A stretch of DNA of 64,000 bases from a virus (taxonomy: Duplodnaviria > Heunggongvirae > Uroviricota > Caudoviricetes): positions 18,977-82,976 of the IMG/VR virus record IMGVR_UViG_3300037189_028117; one strand, given 5' to 3'. This document shows, in pieces, positions 57,707 to 64,000 of the stretch. The stretch's first letter is position 1. Each line of letters opens with the position of its first letter. The notes under the pieces were generated by a model that ran no database searches, was not told the DNA's origin, and saw nothing but the letters and a program-made list of their open reading frames with translations. A program made the position numbers and the translations under genes.

Positions 57707-60700
57707 ATGTCAGAAAGTTACCAAAAAATAGGTTATGTTTCACTACATAACCATACAACATTTTCTATATCCGATAGTTTAATATCTCCAAAAGATTTAA
57801 TTAAAAGAACTGCTGAATTAGGCCAAAAGGCAGTTGCTGTCACGGATCACGGATCTTTGGCTGGTCTTTGGGATGCTTTTCAAGAAGCAAAGAAAACCAA
57901 AGTAAAACTAATTCCAGGAATAGAAATGTATTTCATGGATGATCTCAACTCTGATACGGAGAGAATGAGGCATTTAATTTTGCTTTCTAAAAATGAAGTT
58001 GGTTACCGTAATTTGCTTTTATTAACTGCAGAATCTTTTGATAATAAAAAAATCGTTCATAAAAAAGTCGTACCAAGAGCTACATGGGAAACTTTAGAAA
58101 AATATAAAGAAGGTTTGATTTGTTCAACAGCTTGCGCAAATGGCATTCTTGGTTCATTAATTAATGAAAAGAAATATGACGAAGCTTTCAAAACAGCTGA
58201 AAGATTAAAAAGTATATTTGGTGATGATTTTGCGATTGAATTGCAAGCTCATGCTTTAAAAAGAAAAGCTACATCTTACTCTGGAGAAATTGATCAAGTT
58301 TCCACAAATAAAAGATTAAGAGAAATTGCCGAAAAACTTGATGTAAAATGTATTGTTACAACAAACGCACATTATGTTCACCCCGAACAACATGAAGCTC
58401 ATGATGTTTTGTTAGCTATAGCTTCTGGTCAACCAATTAATTCAGGCCAAAGGCTTAAATATGAAAATGTACCTCTACACATAAGAGATGAAGAAGATAT
58501 TTTCACAAAACTTTCAAGAATAACTTATGACAAAGAGTTTTCAAAAAAATGCATTGAAAACTCAAAATACTTTGCTGATAAATGTGAATTTCCAGAATGG
58601 ATTGATCCTAAATATTCAAATCCATCCGGAAAAGAACTTCCACACTTTCCAGTTAAAGACCAGGAAGATTATTCTGAATTTTTAGAATGGAATAAAGAAA
58701 ATCAAATAGAAGGAAAACAAGAAGATCACATGTATCTTAGATATAGATGTGAAATTGGTCTTAAAAAGAAAGTTCCTGAAGAAAAACACCAAATATACAA
58801 AGAAAGATTAGAATCTGAACTTTACGTATTAGAACATCACGATTTCTCATCATACATGTTAATCGTTATGGATTTTCTTGAATATGCAAGAAAAAATAAT
58901 ATGTCTGTTGGCGTTGGTCGTGGATCTGCTGGCGGAGTTTTAACTTGTTATTTGGTAGACATTCATATTTCAGACCCAATCAAATATGGTTTAATATTTG
59001 AAAGATTTCATAACATAGAAAAAGCTTCATTTCCCGATTTAGATTGTGACGTAGCTTCAGAATCTAAAGAGGCTGTTGAAAACTATTTAATTAAAAAATA
59101 TGGCAAAGATAACGTAGCAAATGTTTCCAATATTTCATCTTTAACTCCAAAAGTTTACATGAGATCAATTGCTAGAACATTTGTTTATGGAGGAGATAGA
59201 AAAACTGCAGTTTCAATAGGTACAAATCTTGCTGATGCTGTTCCGGCAGATCTTAAAGAAGCTCCAATAGATGATATTATCTCTTTGCCATTAATTTCGG
59301 AATATGTAAAGCCAAAAGAAGAAGGTGGGGCTGGGTATACTGAAGTAAGTAAATACGCTAAAGATTTAAGCAAGCAATATGCAGCTTGGTCAACTCATGC
59401 TGCTGGTTTGGTTATAGGTAAAAGGCCATTAAAAGGACTTGTTCCTTTAAGGAAGGATAAAGATAATAATATAGCTTTAGAATTTGAAAAAGAAAGAGCT
59501 GAAGCAAATGGTCTTGTAAAAATGGATATTCTTGGGTTATCAACTCTTGATGTTATTGACGAAACAAGAAGATTAATTAAATCTTTAGGAAAAGAAGTTC
59601 CAAAACCAATTTCTGAATTTGACTATGATGTTTATGATAAAAAAACATACGATTTGATTTCTGAAGGAAGAACTCTTTGCGTTTTTCAATTGGGAACCTC
59701 AGCTGGAACAATAGAGTTATGTAAAAGAATTAAACCAAAATCTATAGAAGATATTGCTGTAATAAATAGTTTGGCTAGACCTTCAGCTAGAGATTTTAGA
59801 GATACATTTATAAAAACAAGAGATGGTGAGTTGGAGATAAAGTTGCTACATCCTCTATTGGCAAATGCTTTGAATCCAACTTATGGTTTTCCTATTTATG
59901 AAGAAAGCTTGATGTTTATTACAAAAGACGTTGCAAATTTCAGTCTTCTTGATTCTGATAGATGTAGAAAAATAACAAAAGCAAAGGGTAAGGATAAGTC
60001 AAAATTAGAGGCTTTGAAAAAAGATTTTATTGACGGTGCGGCTAAAAATGGTGTTTCCGAAGAAAAAGCAAAAGAAATATTTGCTTTCATTGAGGGTTAT
60101 AGCGCATATGGATTTAATAAATCTCACGCAATTTTCTATTCTTACCTTGGGTTTTATACAGCTTATTTAAAAGCAAATTATCCTTTAGAATATTTAGTTT
60201 CGTGTTTAAAACACGAAGTCAATTCTAATGCAAAAATTGCAGAAGATAATATTGCAAAAATAAAAGAAGAAATTAGAGCAATGAAGGTTAAAATTGTTCC
60301 ACCTGATATTAATACATCAGATACTTCTTATAAAATAATTGACAGCAATACATTGATGACAGGTTTAGATGCAATAAAATTTATGGGCAAAGATGCAATG
60401 CCAGAGATTTTATCAAAAAGACCATTTTCTTCATTTGAAGATTTCTTAACTAGAATTGATGGGTCAAAGGTTCGTGCTCCAGCCATTCAAGCCCTTGCTG
60501 CTGCTGGATGTTTAGATTCCTTAGGAGTTTCGAGGAAAATGATTTTCTTGTATGCCTCTGATTATAAGAAAAAACTGGGAGCATTCCTTAAAAAGAAAGA
60601 AAAGTCTCCAAATAAATATACAGAATTTAATTATCCATGGCCTGAAGAGCCAGATTGGACAATTCCAGAAAAATGCGCTTTGGAAACTTTTTATATCGGA

Positions 60701-61306
60701 GAATATTTAGCTGGTGATAGAATTGCTGCGTATAATGGTTTCTTTATGAGGGGTTCTATGGCATTTTCTCATTTAGAGAAATTATTACCAAGACCACCAG
60801 AGAGTTTCTCGGAATCCGATTTAAAAAAGTATAATAAAAAAGTAAATCTATTACAAGGTGAAGTTAAGTCAATTTTTGAATTTAAAGTAAAGAAAGAAGA
60901 TTCAAAAATGAGAGGTCAATTAATGGCCAAGATAGCCATAGAAGATATTTATGGTTCTCAAATTGTTTTGACTTGTTTTCCGGATGGATGGGAAAATTTA
61001 AAAAAGAAATGTCTTAAAATGTCCGGTGGAAAGCAAAAATTTGATGTAGGTTGCGGTATTTACTTTAATGGCAATCTTAGTTGGTATAATGGGGAATTGG
61101 GTATAACTTATGAGGATGTGGTAAAACTTTGTTCTCCACCTCAATTGCCTGCGGATTTAAAGGCAAAGAAAATAAATATGAGAGATAAATCTTTAAAAGA
61201 AGAAACGGTTGTTTTTGATGAAGATGATCGAAATATTCTTCTGGAAGATATTGAACAAGAATTAATTGAAATGGGAAACTCTGGGTTTGAAGATGAAGAT
61301 CTTTAA
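57707..61306 (+). CDS. dnaE: DNA polymerase III alpha subunit (DnaE-type, PHP domain)
   Basis: PHP 'YVSLHNHTTFSISDS', 'AVTDHGSL', polymerase core colinear with DnaE, 1199 aa. Confidence 0.9.
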   Translation: MSESYQKIGYVSLHNHTTFSISDSLISPKDLIKRTAELGQKAVAVTDHGSLAGLWDAFQEAKKTKVKLIPGIEMYFMDDLNSDTERMRHLILLSKNEVGYRNLLLLTAESFDNKKIVHKKVVPRATWETLEKYKEGLICSTACANGILGSLINEKKYDEAFKTAERLKSIFGDDFAIELQAHALKRKATSYSGEIDQVSTNKRLREIAEKLDVKCIVTTNAHYVHPEQHEAHDVLLAIASGQPINSGQRLKYENVPLHIRDEEDIFTKLSRITYDKEFSKKCIENSKYFADKCEFPEWIDPKYSNPSGKELPHFPVKDQEDYSEFLEWNKENQIEGKQEDHMYLRYRCEIGLKKKVPEEKHQIYKERLESELYVLEHHDFSSYMLIVMDFLEYARKNNMSVGVGRGSAGGVLTCYLVDIHISDPIKYGLIFERFHNIEKASFPDLDCDVASESKEAVENYLIKKYGKDNVANVSNISSLTPKVYMRSIARTFVYGGDRKTAVSIGTNLADAVPADLKEAPIDDIISLPLISEYVKPKEEGGAGYTEVSKYAKDLSKQYAAWSTHAAGLVIGKRPLKGLVPLRKDKDNNIALEFEKERAEANGLVKMDILGLSTLDVIDETRRLIKSLGKEVPKPISEFDYDVYDKKTYDLISEGRTLCVFQLGTSAGTIELCKRIKPKSIEDIAVINSLARPSARDFRDTFIKTRDGELEIKLLHPLLANALNPTYGFPIYEESLMFITKDVANFSLLDSDRCRKITKAKGKDKSKLEALKKDFIDGAAKNGVSEEKAKEIFAFIEGYSAYGFNKSHAIFYSYLGFYTAYLKANYPLEYLVSCLKHEVNSNAKIAEDNIAKIKEEIRAMKVKIVPPDINTSDTSYKIIDSNTLMTGLDAIKFMGKDAMPEILSKRPFSSFEDFLTRIDGSKVRAPAIQALAAAGCLDSLGVSRKMIFLYASDYKKKLGAFLKKKEKSPNKYTEFNYPWPEEPDWTIPEKCALETFYIGEYLAGDRIAAYNGFFMRGSMAFSHLEKLLPRPPESFSESDLKKYNKKVNLLQGEVKSIFEFKVKKEDSKMRGQLMAKIAIEDIYGSQIVLTCFPDGWENLKKKCLKMSGGKQKFDVGCGIYFNGNLSWYNGELGITYEDVVKLCSPPQLPADLKAKKINMRDKSLKEETVVFDEDDRNILLEDIEQELIEMGNSGFEDEDL

Positions 61307-61763
61307 AAAACTTATAAAATATATACGTAAATCTAAATTAGATTTAATTGATAAAAAATACTCCGAAGAAGAGTTAGAAAAACATGCTGATTCATTTAAT
61401 GAATTGGATTGGTATTATATTTCTAAATATCAAAGTTTATCAGAATCATTTATAAAAAAATATTCACATAAATTTTGGTGGGGTGATATTTCTGCTTATC
61501 AAAGTTTATCCGAAAAATTTATTGAAAAATACTCAGATAAAGTTAATTGGACTTACATATCTAGATATCAAGAGTTATCTGAAACATTTGTAGAAAAATA
61601 TTTAGATAAAGTTAATTGGATTCACATTTCTTATTCTCAAAAATTATCCGAGCCATTTATAAAAAAATATTTTAATAAAATTGATGTTGATTGTTTAATG
61701 AATAATAAATATATCTCAAAAGAATTCAAAAATGAAATAAAAACATTAAAAGAAATAATATGA
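61293..61763 (+). CDS. 23-aa-repeat family protein (4 repeats)
   Basis: start overlaps dnaE 3' end; caps and repeats canonical. Confidence 0.7.
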   Translation: MKIFKKLIKYIRKSKLDLIDKKYSEEELEKHADSFNELDWYYISKYQSLSESFIKKYSHKFWWGDISAYQSLSEKFIEKYSDKVNWTYISRYQELSETFVEKYLDKVNWIHISYSQKLSEPFIKKYFNKIDVDCLMNNKYISKEFKNEIKTLKEII

Positions 61764-62062
61764 AAAAACATAATTTGCATTTGATGTATAAAAAGTATTC
61801 AGAAAAAGATTTGGAATATAATTGTCATTTATTTAATAATGATGATTGGTATCGTATTTCTTATTATCAAAATTTATCTGAAAAATTCATAGAAAAATAT
61901 TTAGATAAATTAGATTGGAAATGGATATCTAGATTTCAAAAACTATCAGAAGAATTTATCAAAAAACACGTAAATAAAATTGATATTGATTTTTTAATGA
62001 AAAACAATGATATTTCAGAAAAAACAAAAAAAGAAATAGAAACATTAAAAGAGATTATATGA
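61760..62062 (+). CDS. 23-aa-repeat family protein (2 repeats)
   Basis: canonical. Confidence 0.7.
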   Translation: MKKHNLHLMYKKYSEKDLEYNCHLFNNDDWYRISYYQNLSEKFIEKYLDKLDWKWISRFQKLSEEFIKKHVNKIDIDFLMKNNDISEKTKKEIETLKEII

Positions 62063-62499
62063 ATGAACAGAATGTAGACTTACATAATAAAAGATATTCT
62101 GAAGAAGAATTAGAAAATAATATTAATTTATTTGATCTTGATCATTGGTATATTTTATGTTATAGACAAAAACTATCCGAAAACTTTATAGAAAAATATT
62201 CAGATAAAATTCATTGGGAGGAAATTTCTTGGGCCCAAGATTTGTCAGAGTCATTTATTGAAAAATATTCAAATAAAGTTAAATGGTTTGAAATTAGCAT
62301 ATATCAGGAATTATCAGAACAATTTATAGAAAAACATTCAGATAAAGTTAATTGGAATGAAATTTCAAGATGCCAAAAGCTATCTGAAGGATTTATTAAA
62401 AAACATATAAATAAAATAAAAATATCTTCTTTAATAGATAATGAAAATATTTCAGAAAAAACTAAAGAAGAAATAAAAACATTGAAAGAAATTATATGA
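62059..62499 (+). CDS. 23-aa-repeat family protein (4 repeats)
   Basis: canonical. Confidence 0.7.
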   Translation: MNEQNVDLHNKRYSEEELENNINLFDLDHWYILCYRQKLSENFIEKYSDKIHWEEISWAQDLSESFIEKYSNKVKWFEISIYQELSEQFIEKHSDKVNWNEISRCQKLSEGFIKKHINKIKISSLIDNENISEKTKEEIKTLKEII

Positions 62500-62789
62500 A
62501 ATATTTTGTAATCATATTATTTAATGAGACTTGGGATTATGATATATCACTGGCAACAAAAAATCATAGCGACATAAATTGCGATTTTGTGTCAGAAGAA
62601 AACGTAGATGCTTTAACGTTTGAATATTTCGAAGCAAAAAATTTATATCATTATTGGAAGGATTGTGATGTAGAAAAAATCGTTCTTGATGTTTATTTGG
62701 TTGAAGCAAATAAAGATAATAAAGTAAAACAAATATTAAAAATAAAAGAAGAAATTGAAGAAATAAAAACGTTGAAAGAAATTATATGA
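62496..62789 (+). CDS. hypothetical protein ending 'IKTLKEII' (non-repeat cassette inside family cluster)
   Basis: junction and tail shared, body unrelated. Confidence 0.45.
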   Translation: MKYFVIILFNETWDYDISLATKNHSDINCDFVSEENVDALTFEYFEAKNLYHYWKDCDVEKIVLDVYLVEANKDNKVKQILKIKEEIEEIKTLKEII

Positions 62790-63100
62790 AAAAACATAAT
62801 TTAGATTTAATACGAAAAAAATATTCGGAAAAAGAATTGGAAGAATATATTAAATTCTTTAGTGATTATGATTTGGAGGTAATTTCTTATACTCAAAATT
62901 TATCCGAAGAATTCATTGAGAAATATTCAGATAAAGTTGATTGGTATTATATTTCTTCTCGACAAAATTTATCTGAAGAATTTATAAGAAAACATATAAA
63001 TAAAATTCATATTAGTTGGTTGATGAATAATAATTTTATTTCTAGAAAATTAAAAAATAAAATTAAAAAAGAAATAAAAACATTGAAAGAAATTATATGA
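62786..63100 (+). CDS. 23-aa-repeat family protein (2 repeats)
   Basis: canonical. Confidence 0.7.
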   Translation: MKKHNLDLIRKKYSEKELEEYIKFFSDYDLEVISYTQNLSEEFIEKYSDKVDWYYISSRQNLSEEFIRKHINKIHISWLMNNNFISRKLKNKIKKEIKTLKEII

Positions 63101-63465
63101 AACATAACTTAGATTTAAAATTTGAAATATATTCTGAAAAAGAATTAGAAAATAATATGCATTTATTTGATTTATATGATTGGGACTGCATTTGTAGGTA
63201 TCAGATGTTATCTGAAAGATTTATAGAAAAATATTCAGATGAAGTTAGTTGGGGTTTAATTTGTTTTTATCAAAATTTATCTGAAAAATTTATAGAAAAA
63301 TATTCAGATAAAGTTGATTGGTATTATATTTCTTATTCTCAAAAGTTATCTGAAAATTTTATAGAGAAACACATAAATGAAATTAATATTAATAAGTTAA
63401 TGCAAAACAAAAATATTTCAAAACAAATAATAGAAGAACTAAAAACTTTAAAAGATATAATATAG
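63097..63465 (+). CDS. 23-aa-repeat family protein (3 repeats)
   Basis: canonical, 'LKTLKDII' TAG stop. Confidence 0.7.
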   Translation: MKHNLDLKFEIYSEKELENNMHLFDLYDWDCICRYQMLSERFIEKYSDEVSWGLICFYQNLSEKFIEKYSDKVDWYYISYSQKLSENFIEKHINEININKLMQNKNISKQIIEELKTLKDII

Positions 63466-63467
63466 AA

Positions 63468-63905
63468 ATGATTTATACTAATGAAAATATTTTATATTCA
63501 AATTACCAATATATAGCCCATCAATGCAACTGCGTTTCGAAAAACTCTGCAGGTTTGGCCAAATCGATATTTGAAAAATATACTTACTCAAATATTTACC
63601 AAAATAGAGAAAAGAACGATTCTCCCGGAAATATAATAATTTCAGGAAATGGCGATGATCAAAGATATATAATTAATATGCTTTCTCAATTTTATCCAGG
63701 AACGCCAAAGTATGAAACATATGAACAAAGATTAGGTTGGTTTAAATCCTGTATACTTAAAATATCCGAAAGTAAAAATATTAACCAAATAGCTTTTCCG
63801 TTTAATATTGGTTGCGGTTTGGCCGGAGGAAAATGGGAAGATTATGAAAATTTAATATCTTTTCTTGATAATTATTGCGAAGTTTTCATATGCAAAATTC
63901 AATGA
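63468..63905 (+). CDS. TARG1/OARD1-like macro domain protein
   Basis: 'IAHQCNCVSKNSAGLAKSIFEKY' vs TARG1 '[23 protein letters not shown]'; 'FPFNIGCGLAGGKWEDYENL' vs 'MPRIGCGLDRLQWENV'. Confidence 0.6.
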   Translation: MIYTNENILYSNYQYIAHQCNCVSKNSAGLAKSIFEKYTYSNIYQNREKNDSPGNIIISGNGDDQRYIINMLSQFYPGTPKYETYEQRLGWFKSCILKISESKNINQIAFPFNIGCGLAGGKWEDYENLISFLDNYCEVFICKIQ

Positions 63906-63918
63906 TATATATCCGTTT

Positions 63919-64000
63919 ATGAAGTGTAGCAACTGCGGAGTTATAATTCCACCAGAATGGAAAAAAGTTATAGAAAAAAACACATGCCCAAATTGTGACA
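63919..64000 (+). CDS. zinc-ribbon protein, 3' partial at window end
   Basis: 'MKCSNCGVIIPPEWKKVIEKNTCPNCD'. Confidence 0.3.
   Translation, partial: MKCSNCGVIIPPEWKKVIEKNTCPNCD

Noticed and set aside
2159-59373. Minus-strand or overlapping short ORFs from the track (e.g. 2159-2350, 4214-4594, 4759-4974, 5751-5999, 8887-9153, 12411-12635, 18956-19267, 34278-34655, 45334-45711, 59185-59373)
   Set aside because: Fully embedded in or antisense to strongly supported + strand genes, low-complexity AT-rich translations, no RBS; judged spurious.
61266-61292. Upstream start 'MKWETLGLK' for the first repeat-family gene after dnaE
   Set aside because: Family N-caps begin at 'MKIFKK...LDLIDKKYSEEELE'; the ATG at 61293 fits the family pattern, and the longer form would overlap dnaE by 41 nt.
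2337-63465. CRISPR array suggested by regular ~69-bp DNA periodicity
   Set aside because: The periodic units are in-frame coding repeats (23 aa) with protein-level conservation and no repeat-spacer alternation.
1-64000. Alternative genetic code (stop-codon recoding as in some huge phages)
   Set aside because: TAA, TGA and TAG all terminate well-formed genes (e.g. TAG at 3790, 57385, 63465) and long enzymes (DnaE, SbcC, TopA) are intact in the standard code.

Overview
**Overall call.** This is an AT-rich window (about 28-30% GC) that reads like a slice of a very large (jumbo/huge) phage or other large virus genome, taken from its replication and early-gene region. All gene calls are by-eye motif recognition from memory; no search was run.

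- **Layout:** virtually every gene is on the + strand, tightly packed and often joined by ATGA stop/start overlaps. The only convincing minus-strand gene is a Dps-like ferritin (8353-8880).
- **Missing module:** no capsid, terminase or tail genes are recognisable.
- **Genetic code:** standard. TAA, TGA and TAG are all used as stops and long enzymes are intact.

**Recognisable content:**
- **Replication/repair:** ATP-dependent DNA ligase, Rnl1-type RNA ligase, primase zinc-finger protein, SbcD/SbcC, DnaE-type polymerase III alpha, topoisomerase I, HU-like protein, Cas4-like 4-Cys nuclease, HNH endonuclease, FtsK-like ATPase.
- **Translation module:** ribosomal protein bS21, IF-3 (TTG start, own promoter), peptide deformylase with a SecA-type SEC-C zinc tail, trigger factor, thioredoxin.
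- **Regulators/proteases:** ClpP, DksA/TraR zinc finger, MoxR-AAA plus VWA/zincin pair.
- **Membrane scaffold:** NfeD-flotillin operon.
- **Metabolism:** L-alanine dehydrogenase, histidine phosphatase, two PPP-family phosphoesterases.
- **ADP-ribose related:** Nudix hydrolase, NADAR domain protein, TARG1-like macro domain.
- **Other:** a Thg1-like protein whose catalytic carboxylates appear substituted.

**Most striking feature.** A paralog family of small helical-repeat proteins has been massively expanded. There are at least 25 clear members in 9 clusters, plus 2-4 degenerate ones.
- **Architecture:** N-cap 'MK(K)HNLDL..KYSEKELE.NI.LFD..DW', then 1-6 copies of a 23-aa repeat 'ISxYQxLSExFIEKHSDKxxW', then C-cap '..NKNISxKxKxEIKxLKEII'.
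- **Junctions:** members are tiled head-to-tail through a conserved roughly 38-bp stop/start junction, TTGAAAGAAATTATATGAAAAAACATAATTTAGATTTA.
- **Shared with other genes:** several unrelated small ORFs also use this junction and the C-terminal 'L(K)(E/D)II' ending.
- **Frameshifts:** three members are broken by single-base indels in homopolymer runs.

**Other notable signals:**
- a dyad-operator array (TTAC-N3-GTAA, 4-5 copies) with terminator and extended -10 promoter at 9658-9835;
- short GC3-rich patches embedded in otherwise AT-rich genes;
- several clean intrinsic terminators.
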